Counted from the stretch's first letter, positions 8,937 to 18,906 are shown. The stretch is DNA of 64,000 bases from Candidatus Cloacimonadota bacterium (GCA_963667255.1 OY762940.1:896001-960000); one strand, 5' to 3'. Numbers and translations: made by a program. The notes: generated by a model not told the origin, from the letters alone.

Positions 8937-9524
8937 TTGATAAGAGTAATAGAGTCTTGTTTTGTTAAGAGTGCCGTTAAGGTGACTGATTATCCCGTCG
9001 TTATTTGCAAAGAGGTGGCTTTTGTGGGCAAATCCAATGTGGGTAAATCTTCGATGATTAACGCTATATTGGGAAGAAAATTGTTGGCTAAGATTTCGTC
9101 TCGCCCTGGGAAAACGCAGTTGATTAATTTTTTTAGTGTTACCACAAAAGACGATGAGCAGGAGATGAAAGGCGAGTTGAGTTTTGTGGATTTGCCTGGT
9201 TATGGGTTTGCCAAGGTTCCGCTAAAAGAGAAAGAAAATTGGCGGGGAATGATACAAGCATATTTGACCAATCGCCCGCAATTGCTGGGTGTTTTGCTGT
9301 TGGTGGATATTCGGCACAAGTTCGATTATAAAGACCAGTTGATGCAGGAGATGCTGGAGGCTAACGGCATCAACTATACGCTGGTGGCGACGAAGAGTGA
9401 CAAAATCGCTAATAGTAAATTGAAGAGTGTGATTAAAGAAAATTTTCCGTTCAAAGTTCTTCCTTTTTCTGCTAAAAACAATAAGGGGATTTCTGAGGTT
9501 TTGCGGTGGATAAACGAATTGTAA
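8937..9524 (+). CDS. engB: Ribosome biogenesis GTPase EngB/YihA
   Basis: GKSNVGKSS, PGKTQLINFF, VDLPGYGFAK, TKSD. Confidence 0.95.
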   Translation: MIRVIESCFVKSAVKVTDYPVVICKEVAFVGKSNVGKSSMINAILGRKLLAKISSRPGKTQLINFFSVTTKDDEQEMKGELSFVDLPGYGFAKVPLKEKENWRGMIQAYLTNRPQLLGVLLLVDIRHKFDYKDQLMQEMLEANGINYTLVATKSDKIANSKLKSVIKENFPFKVLPFSAKNNKGISEVLRWINEL

Positions 9525-10531
9525 TTTTGGCTTTTGCGTGTTGTTTCTCTTTTTGTTTTGCTGGAGAAGAGCAAAAACTGGATGTGTTGGTGAAGAAGAT
9601 AGAGGCTCGAAAACGCGAAATTAATGAAATTAAATCCGAGCAGACTGAATATTCCCAAAAGATTAGTGATTATGGGAATCGTCTGAAAAATGCAAAATCT
9701 CGACTGACTGTGTTGGAAAAGAGATATTCCGGAAAGAGCAAAGAGAAGGCGAAGATTAAGACAGAAATTGAGCAAGTTAAGAAGGAAATTGCGGACATCA
9801 ATGCTCTGTATCTATTGGCTTTTATTCGGCTTTATGAGGCGGAATACATAGATGAGGAGCCGATGAATTCGCAGGTGCTCAGTTATTTTGTTCAGTCGTC
9901 TTCCAACAAGGTGGAGATGTATAACGAGAAAAATCTCAAACTTCAAAACAGCACGGTCGACATAAATAGGCAGATTAGGGAGTTGGAAGAGAAGAAAGAC
10001 AAAGAGGTGAAGAATATTAAGTTTTCTCAATATGTGACTTCTGTTGCGGGTGCTTTCCTCGTGGAGAGTCGCAGTAAAGAGAAGAAAATCAGTAAAGAGT
10101 TGGCTTTTTTGCAGGAAGAGCGGGATAAATTGGAAAAGATAATTGCTAATCTGAAATTGGATAAAATGCGAACGGGATACTCGTATAAATTCAGCCAGTC
10201 AAATATTTTGTGGCCTGTGCGAGGGGAGATTGTCGATAACGATTTGCGTAGGAGTGGTCTTGATATTAGCACAAAGGACAAATATTGCAAAGCGGTAGAT
10301 AATGGTATTGTGGCGGAATATGACAAAATTGGGAATAAAAAATGCTTGGTAGTTGACCATCGGAACGGTTATATAAGTGTCTATGTTTATAAAGGCAATA
10401 CATTGGCTGAATTGCGGAGTGAAGTGAAGCGGGGACAAAATCTTGCTTTGTTGCAGTCGGATTTGATTCATTTTGAGCTGGTGAAAGACAAGAAAATTTC
10501 CGTTAATCCTCGGGTTTTTTTTGTTAAGTGA
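9506..10531 (+). CDS. EnvC-like murein hydrolase activator (coiled coil plus degenerate M23 domain)
   Basis: Signal peptide, long coiled coil, WPVRG, SGLDI, VVDH.NGY.SVY, IHFE; Zn-ligand histidines incomplete. Confidence 0.75.
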   Translation: MDKRIVILAFACCFSFCFAGEEQKLDVLVKKIEARKREINEIKSEQTEYSQKISDYGNRLKNAKSRLTVLEKRYSGKSKEKAKIKTEIEQVKKEIADINALYLLAFIRLYEAEYIDEEPMNSQVLSYFVQSSSNKVEMYNEKNLKLQNSTVDINRQIRELEEKKDKEVKNIKFSQYVTSVAGAFLVESRSKEKKISKELAFLQEERDKLEKIIANLKLDKMRTGYSYKFSQSNILWPVRGEIVDNDLRRSGLDISTKDKYCKAVDNGIVAEYDKIGNKKCLVVDHRNGYISVYVYKGNTLAELRSEVKRGQNLALLQSDLIHFELVKDKKISVNPRVFFVK

Positions 10532-11091
10532 AAAGGATGTCAGGAATAAATCTGCATTTCACAGGCTTGATGTTCGGTGTAGGAGCTTCTGTGGATGACG
10601 AGGTTTCGCTGGAGAAAATCAATAGGCTCAAGCAACGACCACAAAGCAAATCTTTCATCGTTCTTTTGGAGAGTTTGCAGAAATTGAGCAAATATGTGGA
10701 AGTTGACAGCAAATTGTCAGCGTTTTTGGGGAAATTTTGGCCAGGTCCACTGACTGTTGTTTTAGCTTGCAAAAATCTGCCACATTTGAGTCAAAACGGT
10801 TGCGTTGCTTTTCGAGTTCCAATAGACGAATTTTTGCGAAGTAAGTTAAATGCTGGGGAGATTGTTAGCACCAGTGTGAATTGTTCGGGTGAAGAACCTC
10901 TTGTGGATGTGGATGTGATATTGAGTAAATATAGCAACTGGTTTGATGAGAATTGGGTGCCGAGCGGAGTAACAACGGCGAAGGGGACTCCATCGACCAT
11001 TGTGAAAATTGAAGGAGAAGAGTTGGTTTGTTTGAGAGAGGGTGCTTTGGATTTTGCAGCTGTCAGAAGAGAGTGGACAAATGTTAAGTAG
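10528..11091 (+). CDS. tsaC: L-threonylcarbamoyladenylate synthase (TsaC/YrdC)
   Basis: KQRP..K, FWPGPLTVV, VAFRVP, STSVN.SG, PSTIV, LREG. Confidence 0.85.
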   Translation: MKRMSGINLHFTGLMFGVGASVDDEVSLEKINRLKQRPQSKSFIVLLESLQKLSKYVEVDSKLSAFLGKFWPGPLTVVLACKNLPHLSQNGCVAFRVPIDEFLRSKLNAGEIVSTSVNCSGEEPLVDVDVILSKYSNWFDENWVPSGVTTAKGTPSTIVKIEGEELVCLREGALDFAAVRREWTNVK

Positions 11092-12025
11092 TTTGTTGAA
11101 ATATAAGAAGATAGGGATTTTGACTCATTCTAATCCTGACCCTGATGCTTTGGGTTCTTGTTTTGCTATGCAGATGATTTTGGGCAAAGAGAGATGCGAT
11201 GTGGTTTTGGAGTTTGGTTTGACCAGACCTCTTTTTGCGGAGTTTGGTGCGGTTGTGTTGGCAGGCGATGATTTGCATTACGATGCTCTTTTGGTGTTGG
11301 ACGCTCACCAGTCCAAGAGGTTGGGATTGTTGGAGGAATTTGTTGAGAATTTTGCCAGAGATATTTTTATTATCGACCACCATCGTGTAGGTGAGTGCAA
11401 AATTCCTACAATGGCGGAACTCATTGACCCAACTGCGGTTAGCACCGGAATTTTGGTTTTTGAACTGTGTTCGTCTTTCACTTTGCATTGGGATGAGGAA
11501 GCACGAGAAAAGTTTGCCCGAGCTATCTATTACACGATTTTGGGCGATACCGACGGTTTCCAAAATCGCAATATTGATGCAAGATGTTTTTCTGTTTGTG
11601 CGGAATTGGTAAAGTTTGGATTGAAAGCCGGTTTAGCTTTTGAAAAATTCTATTGTCAGAAAAGTTTGAACGATTTCAAATATATGGCAGAGATTTATGA
11701 GTCAATCCAAGAGTTTGAGCAGGGGAAAATAGTTTTTGCTTTTAGTAGTTTGGAGTTGCAAAATCGGCTTGGCTATGTCTATCGGGGGCTTCCGCAGATG
11801 ATGGGGGAGCTGAAAAAGTCTGCAAACTATGAGATAATTGTCATTTTCAAAGAGAGAGAAGATAATTTGTATAAACTTAGTTTTCGCTCCAAGTCGATTG
11901 ATGTCCAGTCTGTTTGCAAAAAATACGGCGGAGGCGGTCATTTATTGGCTTCCGGTTGCGAGATAGCGGGGAGTTTGGAAGATACAAAAAGGCAGATATT
12001 GGAAGTATGCAAGAGCCTTCTTTGA
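11081..12025 (+). CDS. nrnA: DHH/DHHA1 phosphoesterase (NrnA-like)
   Basis: HSNPDPDALGS, IDHH, GDTDGF, SFRS, GGGGH..ASG; upstream of truB. Confidence 0.85.
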   Translation: MLSSLLKYKKIGILTHSNPDPDALGSCFAMQMILGKERCDVVLEFGLTRPLFAEFGAVVLAGDDLHYDALLVLDAHQSKRLGLLEEFVENFARDIFIIDHHRVGECKIPTMAELIDPTAVSTGILVFELCSSFTLHWDEEAREKFARAIYYTILGDTDGFQNRNIDARCFSVCAELVKFGLKAGLAFEKFYCQKSLNDFKYMAEIYESIQEFEQGKIVFAFSSLELQNRLGYVYRGLPQMMGELKKSANYEIIVIFKEREDNLYKLSFRSKSIDVQSVCKKYGGGGHLLASGCEIAGSLEDTKRQILEVCKSLL

Positions 12026-12867
12026 GCGGTGTTCTTTTGGTAGATAAACCCGCAGGAATAAGCTCTTTTGGGGTGATAGCGAGACTGCGGAAAATTTTGA
12101 AAATCAAGAAGATTGGGCATTGCGGGACTTTGGACAATTTTGCTACGGGAGTTTTGATTATATTGATTGGCAAGGCAACTCGTTTGGCGAGGTTTGTGTC
12201 AAATCAGGACAAGGTTTATGAGGCGACGATTTTGTTTGGGGAGAAGACCAATACCGCCGATATTACCGGAGAAATAGTTGAAACTGGAGGTCTTCCGTCT
12301 GATTTACCGACAGATTTTGAGGGGAAAGTTTTGGCAATCTCTTCGCAAATTCCACCTATCTTTTCGGCAATAAAAGTCGAGGGGAAAAGAGCTTATGCTC
12401 TTGCTCGTGATGGTAAAGAGATTGAGATGAAGCCTCGGGAAATCAAAATTTTTGAGTTCAAAGTTGGCAGTTTTGATAAGCAACGGTTGAATTACACGGC
12501 GAGAGTTTCCAAAGGCACATACATAAGAACTTTGAGCGAAGATATTGCGGGGATGTTGGGCACTGTGGGAACGACAGAAAATTTGCGACGAACAGAGTGT
12601 GCTGGATTTGGCATAGAGAAGTGCGTAACTATTGATGATGGAACAAGATATGAAGTGATTAGAGATAGAATTTTGCCCGCTGATGTTTTGCTGAAAGATT
12701 TTCCTGAAATGACTCTGACGCAGGAAGAGTATGTGTGTTTTAAAAATGGTAATTTTATTGAGAAAAAAAGTGATAAAAATGGTTTTACACGAATGTATTA
12801 CGAACAATTATTTGTTGGTGTGTCGTCCGTTGAACAGGAGATGGTAAAACCGCAGATAGTTTTTTAA
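12007..12867 (+). CDS. truB: tRNA pseudouridine(55) synthase
   Basis: VDKPAG.SS, GHCGTLD..ATGVL, SAIKVEGKRAY, SKGTYIR. Confidence 0.95.
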   Translation: MQEPSLSGVLLVDKPAGISSFGVIARLRKILKIKKIGHCGTLDNFATGVLIILIGKATRLARFVSNQDKVYEATILFGEKTNTADITGEIVETGGLPSDLPTDFEGKVLAISSQIPPIFSAIKVEGKRAYALARDGKEIEMKPREIKIFEFKVGSFDKQRLNYTARVSKGTYIRTLSEDIAGMLGTVGTTENLRRTECAGFGIEKCVTIDDGTRYEVIRDRILPADVLLKDFPEMTLTQEEYVCFKNGNFIEKKSDKNGFTRMYYEQLFVGVSSVEQEMVKPQIVF

Positions 12868-12868
12868 A

Positions 12869-15235
12869 ATGGTAAGTTTTATGAATAGATTGGTAAGAGT
12901 TTTATTTATTGTTGTTTTTTCTTTTAGTTGCTTGTGTGGAGCAGGTGTTGAGAGGGATATTAGCGAAGCTTTTAATACCGAGGCAAAGCGAACTGAATGG
13001 TGGAACGGTCTTGAATATCAGTGGAAGTTGGCTTTTAATAAACTTCTTGGTTACGGGAAAAGTGTAAGGAAACCGGAAGATGTGCGATTGGAAGGTTTGT
13101 TGTGCCGTAAAGCTCTTTTGCTATACAGCTCTGAAATCACCAATCTATCCGGTGTGAAAAATCTCACACATATAGAAAATCTCAGTTGCTCCTACAATAA
13201 GATTACTAATATTCAAGGGTTAAAAAATCTTACTAATCTGAAAATATTGAAACTTAGCGACAACCGAATTAAATCTTTGGAAATTTTGAAAAATCTAAAG
13301 GATTTGGAATATTTGCGAGTTGATTTTAACGATTTGCAGGATTTGAAGGGGTTGGAGGAGTTATCAAAACTTAATCGGGTGTATGCAGACAATAATTTTA
13401 TCTCTTCGCTTGCTCCTTTGGCTGATAAGCCGGAGTTGGAAGAACTTTATATAAATGATAATAGTATTGTCTCTCTTCTTCCTCTGAAAAATAACACAAA
13501 ATTAAAAATGTTACAGGCAAGTAATAATCAACTTCAAAATATAGATGGATTGTCTTCTCTTGAGAATTTGGAGAAAGTTTATATTTTTAATAATAATTTG
13601 GTGAGTTTGGAAGGTGTCCAAAATTTGAGAAAATTAGATATTTTTGCTTATTCGGAAAATAGTGAGATATTGCCTGATGAAGAAAAAGATAAAGTGAGAG
13701 ACTTGTTTGCTAAAAAGAAAAAATTTAGGGTTAGCATTGCCAGTGCTTCGGTTTCTATTTTAATTTTTGGTCTTGTTATTGTATTTTTGGTGAAATTGAT
13801 TTTACGGATAAGAGTTAACCGAAAGAGAAGAAGAGAGTTTTTGCGTTTGCATAAACTGTTTTTGGACAAGACGGCAGGATATTTTGATAATGATGCCCGT
13901 CTCTATCAGTGGTGGGAAAATCTTAACCATCAGTGGCGAAGAGTGTTTAATGTAGAGTTGGATAACGGAGCGTCTTTATTTGTGCCGAAACCTTCCGATT
14001 TACGAAAAATTTTAACCATTACTTTTCTTGAGATTAATGTTGAAGATTTGAGTGATTTGTCAGGATTGAATAACTGCACGGAATTGAGATACTTGAGATT
14101 TTACAATGAGAAACAAAAATTTTTAGATTTATTTTCAAACATTGAATTTCTAAATAGATTTCCTAAACTGGAGAAGCTTAGGTTTTCCACCGGTAAGATT
14201 AGGAAAATCAAAAATTTTGCAAAGTTGAATGAAAAATTTAGGGTTGCTATTCCCGAAAATGAATCGGATTTTGTTAAGAGCGGTAGTATTATTGAATTAC
14301 CTTGTGAGAGAAGGTTACGATATAAGTATCCGATAGTGGCAATAGGGAATTTTGAGGGGTTGCATTTAGGGCACGCCAAGATTTTGAACAGACTTTATTC
14401 TCGGGCTCAAGACACTGGTGGAGAAGCACTTATTCTTACATACAAGGTGCACACAAGAGAGCATTTTTTGAAACTTGCCAATAAACCTATAGCACCTTAT
14501 ATGGTTTTGGACAAAAAACATAAAGAAAATTTGTTGTTTCATAAATTTGGAGTGCATTCTATTTTGTATTTAGATTTTGAACAAGGTCTTTCCGAGTTGC
14601 CGGCTGAGGAGTTTTTTAAGACTATTTTGGTTGATAAGTTGCATATTAGGGAGATAATTTGTGGATACGATACTCGATTTGGCAAGGGACGAGAGGGAGA
14701 CTATAAATTGCTTTTGAAACTGTCGGAACCTTATAAAATCAGAGTTAGACTTGTAGAGCCTTTGTTGGTTGGCGGGAAGATTGTGCGGAGTGAGTTGATA
14801 AGGGATATGATTAAAAACGGAGAGATTGCCGGAATTAAGAATTTTCTCTCGCGTCCTTATTCCATATCAGGAACAGTGATGGAAGGGAAGAAAATTGGTG
14901 GAGTCTTGGGATTCCCGACACTCAATGTGAAGCCCATACAAGAGTATAAACTTTATCCGCCCAAGGGAGTTTATATCACGCATACTTTTATTGGTGGTAT
15001 AGGATATTATGGGCTTACCAATATTGGATTTGCTCCGACTATTAGAGACAGTGAAAAAACAGAAACAATTGAAAACTATCTTTATAAATTCAAGGGTAAA
15101 GTCTATGGGCAAGAGGTTAATGTTGTTTTTCTAAAATTTTTAAGAGACGAAAAGAAGTTTGCTTCTCGCAAAGAATTGGTGGAGCAGATTAAAATAGATT
15201 TGGAGAAATTAAAGCGGTATATAAGGGTTCATTAA
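12869..15235 (+). CDS. ribF: Fusion of signal peptide, leucine-rich repeats, TM helix and bifunctional FAD synthetase/riboflavin kinase
   Basis: 22-aa LRRs; TM at about 13730-13810; C-terminal AIGNFEGLHLGH, GYDTRFG, GFPTLN, PKGVY, NIGFAPT, FLRDEKKF; truB-ribF synteny. Confidence 0.88.
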   Translation: MVSFMNRLVRVLFIVVFSFSCLCGAGVERDISEAFNTEAKRTEWWNGLEYQWKLAFNKLLGYGKSVRKPEDVRLEGLLCRKALLLYSSEITNLSGVKNLTHIENLSCSYNKITNIQGLKNLTNLKILKLSDNRIKSLEILKNLKDLEYLRVDFNDLQDLKGLEELSKLNRVYADNNFISSLAPLADKPELEELYINDNSIVSLLPLKNNTKLKMLQASNNQLQNIDGLSSLENLEKVYIFNNNLVSLEGVQNLRKLDIFAYSENSEILPDEEKDKVRDLFAKKKKFRVSIASASVSILIFGLVIVFLVKLILRIRVNRKRRREFLRLHKLFLDKTAGYFDNDARLYQWWENLNHQWRRVFNVELDNGASLFVPKPSDLRKILTITFLEINVEDLSDLSGLNNCTELRYLRFYNEKQKFLDLFSNIEFLNRFPKLEKLRFSTGKIRKIKNFAKLNEKFRVAIPENESDFVKSGSIIELPCERRLRYKYPIVAIGNFEGLHLGHAKILNRLYSRAQDTGGEALILTYKVHTREHFLKLANKPIAPYMVLDKKHKENLLFHKFGVHSILYLDFEQGLSELPAEEFFKTILVDKLHIREIICGYDTRFGKGREGDYKLLLKLSEPYKIRVRLVEPLLVGGKIVRSELIRDMIKNGEIAGIKNFLSRPYSISGTVMEGKKIGGVLGFPTLNVKPIQEYKLYPPKGVYITHTFIGGIGYYGLTNIGFAPTIRDSEKTETIENYLYKFKGKVYGQEVNVVFLKFLRDEKKFASRKELVEQIKIDLEKLKRYIRVH

Positions 15236-15236
15236 T

Positions 15237-15602
15237 ATGAAAATCAAAAAATTATTAGAGATACTTGATGGGGAATTGCTTAGTGATGAAAAGCATTTGG
15301 AGTATGAAGTGGATTACGGTTTGGCTTCTGATCTTATTAGTGACCTTTTGATGTGTGCTCTGTATCCGGCTGCTCTTTTTACGGGGCTTGTCAATCATCA
15401 AATAGTAAGAGTAGCGGAAATGATTGAGTTGCAGGCGATTATCTTTGTGCGAGGCAAGAAGCCAAGAGAGGAAATTTTGCAAATGGCTGCTGATCATGAT
15501 ATGCCGGTTATCTGCACAGAAAAGTCTCTTTATGCGGCATGTGGTTTGGCTTATCAGGGAGGATTGGAGACATCTCCAATAAAATTGAGTATCAATGAAT
15601 AG
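15237..15602 (+). CDS. DRTGG-domain protein
   Basis: ASDLISDLL, TGLVN.Q..R.AEM, IIFVRGKKP, ACG..Y..G. Confidence 0.8.
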   Translation: MKIKKLLEILDGELLSDEKHLEYEVDYGLASDLISDLLMCALYPAALFTGLVNHQIVRVAEMIELQAIIFVRGKKPREEILQMAADHDMPVICTEKSLYAACGLAYQGGLETSPIKLSINE

Positions 15603-16074
15603 CTTTGTTTATAGCAAGGATAATAGTTTAAATCCTGATTCGTTTATGATAGAACTCGGTCAGCCGATGATGAAATACGATTTTTCCATCAAATCTAAAG
15701 ATTTTATCTCTTCCGGAGAGGCGACCACTAAGGTAAAGAAACAACTCAAGGAGCTTGGTATTGATGCTGTTCCACTTAGAAGGTTTGCAGTGGCAAGCTA
15801 TGAGGCGGAGATTAATGTTGTGGCACATTCAATCGGCGGAAAGATGGAAGTTGGTATTTATTCCGAATTTGTTTATTTGAAATTTATAGATAATGGACCG
15901 GGAATTGTGGATATAGAGAAGGCTATGCAACCAGGGTATTCTACCGCTGATGATTTGGCTCGTTCTATGGGATTTGGAGCTGGGATGGGATTGCCCAATA
16001 TCAAAGATAATGTAGATATTATGCGGTTATTTTCCGATGGTTACACCAAATTGGAATTGGTGGTTTTTTATTAG
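15595..16074 (+). CDS. Anti-sigma-factor-like Ser/Thr kinase (GHKL ATPase)
   Basis: YEAEIN...H, DNGPGI, GYSTA, GFGAGMGLPN. Confidence 0.85.
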   Translation: MNSFVYSKDNSLNPDSFMIELGQPMMKYDFSIKSKDFISSGEATTKVKKQLKELGIDAVPLRRFAVASYEAEINVVAHSIGGKMEVGIYSEFVYLKFIDNGPGIVDIEKAMQPGYSTADDLARSMGFGAGMGLPNIKDNVDIMRLFSDGYTKLELVVFY

Positions 16075-16087
16075 AGGATGATTTGTT

Positions 16088-17695
16088 ATGAAAGGCAAAG
16101 AGGCTGTTCAAGAGATTAAAGAAAAGTGCATTGGTTGCACAAGGTGTGTTAGGGCTTGTCCTGTTTCGGCTATTCGTCTTAGAAATGGGAAAATAGAGAG
16201 AAATAGTGATATATGTATTAGCTGTGGTCATTGTATCAAGATTTGTCCCGTTGGAGCTATTGAGAGCGTTTTCGATGAGTTTGAAGAGATTTTGGACAAT
16301 CCCAAATTCAAGTATAGAGTTGCTCTTTTGTCTAATGTTTTCATCGGTCAATTCCCTCGAAAAGTCAGTTATGATATGGCTGTTGATGCTTTGTTAAAAT
16401 TGGGATTTGATGAGGTCATAGATGAGAATATGATTACGGGAATCATGGCTCCTATTTTTGCAGAGAAGCTGAAAAAGACTAAAATCAGACCTTTGATTTC
16501 TTCTAATTGCCCTGCAATTGTTCGTCTTATTCAGACAAATTATCCGTCGTTGCTTTCTCATATTTTGCCTTTGGAATCTTCAGTTTGCATTTTAAATGTT
16601 TATTACAGAGAATATTTGGTAGGGCTTAAAGGTTTGTCTCCGGAAGAGATAGGGATTTTTTATATCGCTCCGTGCTCTGCCCAAGTTAATGCTCAAAAAA
16701 ACCCTCTTGGGCATGATAAGTCTCTGCTTGATGGTTCTCTTGCTATGAAAGATGTTTACAACAAGATTATGAATATTTGCTTTTATCAGGAGCAAGAAAA
16801 TTTAGAGAAAAAGAAGGATAATGAGAATCTTGTTAAGCATGAGAATTGGGGAATTTATATTTCGGAAGGAAATCAGATAAAAAAAAGCAATCTCAAAACT
16901 TTGGCTGTCAGTGGGATAAAAGGGGCAAAAGATATTTTATCCAAAATAGAGGGTGGACAGCTGGAATATTTTGATTATGTGGTCTTGCGTAGTTGCACCA
17001 ATGGTTGTGTCGGTGGAGACTTGAATGTTGCTAATCCATTCCTTGCTACCAATCGAATCAGCTCTTCCAATATTGAGTTTAAGCCGATAGAGAAAGAGCT
17101 ATTTTACAAGCTTTTTAAAGAGAAAAAATTTAGTTTTCAAAAAGAAATAAAGCCTTTGGAGCATAATGTTGACAACAGTTCCATAAAAGGTAGGATAATA
17201 AAGATGAAAAGGTATGGTGATATTCAAAAACTTTTGCCCGGGAAAAATTGTGGTATCTGTGGTTGTCCGACTTGTGCTGATTTGGCGAAGGAAATTGTGG
17301 AAGGGAAGGCTAAATTTTCCGATTGTGTTTTTAACATTAAAGAGAGGAAGAAAATTTCTCTACTGGAGGTTTTGGAATATATCAAGGGCAAAGTTATTAC
17401 AAAAGAACAGGATTTATCCGAAATTTGTGTAGAGAACGCTTATGTTGGTGATTTGTTGTCCGATGTTATGGCTTCTGCTGGAGGATGTCAAGTTTGGATT
17501 ACTATTATGCAACATCAAAACTCTGTTGCCGTGGCTTCTCTTTTGGATATCAGGGCAATTATTTTTGCCAAGAATAAGATGCCGGACGAACGCTCCATTG
17601 AAAAAGCTAATGAAGAGGGGATAGTGATGATAGGTAGTTCGTATAATTCGTTTAAAATTTCAGGTATTTTGCACAATTTGATATCGGTAAAGTAA
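16088..17695 (+). CDS. Putative sensory [FeFe]-hydrogenase-like protein: 2[4Fe-4S], H-cluster domain, Fe-S domain and fused DRTGG
   Basis: Two CxxCxxCxxxCP motifs; ISSNCPA, APCSAQ, SCTNGCVGG; LPGKNCGICGCPTC; C-terminal YVGDLLSDVM...VAVA. Confidence 0.8.
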   Translation: MKGKEAVQEIKEKCIGCTRCVRACPVSAIRLRNGKIERNSDICISCGHCIKICPVGAIESVFDEFEEILDNPKFKYRVALLSNVFIGQFPRKVSYDMAVDALLKLGFDEVIDENMITGIMAPIFAEKLKKTKIRPLISSNCPAIVRLIQTNYPSLLSHILPLESSVCILNVYYREYLVGLKGLSPEEIGIFYIAPCSAQVNAQKNPLGHDKSLLDGSLAMKDVYNKIMNICFYQEQENLEKKKDNENLVKHENWGIYISEGNQIKKSNLKTLAVSGIKGAKDILSKIEGGQLEYFDYVVLRSCTNGCVGGDLNVANPFLATNRISSSNIEFKPIEKELFYKLFKEKKFSFQKEIKPLEHNVDNSSIKGRIIKMKRYGDIQKLLPGKNCGICGCPTCADLAKEIVEGKAKFSDCVFNIKERKKISLLEVLEYIKGKVITKEQDLSEICVENAYVGDLLSDVMASAGGCQVWITIMQHQNSVAVASLLDIRAIIFAKNKMPDERSIEKANEEGIVMIGSSYNSFKISGILHNLISVK

Positions 17696-18409
17696 ATGTT
17701 ATGTAAAGCTGATTTGCATACACATTCTGTGTTGTCTCCGTGTGGAGATTATTCTATGTCTCCGTCTCTTTTGTTTGAGAAAGCCAAGAAACTTGGGTTC
17801 AAGATGGTGGCTATTACGGAGCACAACTCCTTGTCCAATGCGTTGGCTTATTCCAAAATTGCCGACAAATTTGGTATTCATTACATTTTCGGTGTGGAGA
17901 TTCAAGTAGATTTGGAGATTCATGTTCTTGCTTATTTCCCCGATTGGAGTGCTGCTAAGTTGTTTAATAGTGAACTTTATGAGGTTCTGCCTAATATAAA
18001 AAATAATTATGGACTTTTTGGGGATCAGGTTTTGATAGACGAAAACGAAATGGTTATCGGATTTGAGGACAAATTGCTTTTAAATTCCCTTTCTTGGGAC
18101 TTGCAAACAGCGTATAATAAAGTGAAAAAGTATGGTGGTTTGTTCGTTGCGGCACATGTTGATGCGGAAAGTTATAGCATCAAATCGCAACTTGGTTTTC
18201 TTCCTGATGAAATTATGTTTGACGGTTTAGAGGTTGTTGGGGATATTTGTGATTGGAATAACAATAACCTTCCGATTGTCAAAAACTCTGATGCTCATTA
18301 TCTAAAAGATTTTGGCTGTAGATATACGGAGTATGAAATGAGTGATTTGAGTTTTGAGAGTTTGAAAAAATCGTTATTGGGTAGAAAGTTCAAAATAAAA
18401 TCTAATTAA
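17696..18409 (+). CDS. PHP-domain phosphoesterase
   Basis: DLHTHSVLSPC, AITEHN, HVLAY, AHVD, NSDAH. Confidence 0.88.
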   Translation: MLCKADLHTHSVLSPCGDYSMSPSLLFEKAKKLGFKMVAITEHNSLSNALAYSKIADKFGIHYIFGVEIQVDLEIHVLAYFPDWSAAKLFNSELYEVLPNIKNNYGLFGDQVLIDENEMVIGFEDKLLLNSLSWDLQTAYNKVKKYGGLFVAAHVDAESYSIKSQLGFLPDEIMFDGLEVVGDICDWNNNNLPIVKNSDAHYLKDFGCRYTEYEMSDLSFESLKKSLLGRKFKIKSN

Positions 18410-18414
18410 GGGGG

Positions 18415-18891
18415 ATGTTAATGGATACTTGTGATAGTCCTTTGTATGCTGAACTCAAGAAAATCATTGATTCCAAAAAAGATTTGCGAGATCCTTTGAT
18501 TGAGGTGTTGAGAGAGGCACAATTGTTGTTTGGGTATTTGCCCAAAGAGGTATTGGTGTTTATTGCCAGAGAGATGAAGTTGCCTATAAACAAAATTTAT
18601 GGGGTTGTTACTTTTTACAATTTCTTTTCTCTCAAGCCTCGTGGAAAGTATGTTATCAATGTTTGCACGGGAACTGCGTGCTATGTAAAAGGTGCTGCTC
18701 GTGTGGTGGAGATGTTTGAGGAATCTTTGGGAATCAAATTGGGCGAGACGACGCCTGATAAGAAGTTTACTCTCTCGTCTGTGAGATGTGTGGGTGCGTG
18801 TTCTTTGGCTCCAGTCGTGGTGATAGGCGATGAGACTTATGGTAGAGTTGCTACCAAAGAGCAGATAAAGAAAATATTGGAGAATTTCTAA
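18415..18891 (+). CDS. hydC: NuoE/HydC-type [2Fe-2S] subunit, copy 1
   Basis: GVVTFYNFF, VCTGTACYVKG, RCVGACSLAP. Confidence 0.9.
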   Translation: MLMDTCDSPLYAELKKIIDSKKDLRDPLIEVLREAQLLFGYLPKEVLVFIAREMKLPINKIYGVVTFYNFFSLKPRGKYVINVCTGTACYVKGAARVVEMFEESLGIKLGETTPDKKFTLSSVRCVGACSLAPVVVIGDETYGRVATKEQIKKILENF

Positions 18892-18906
18892 ATTTTTGGT
18901 TGAGAG

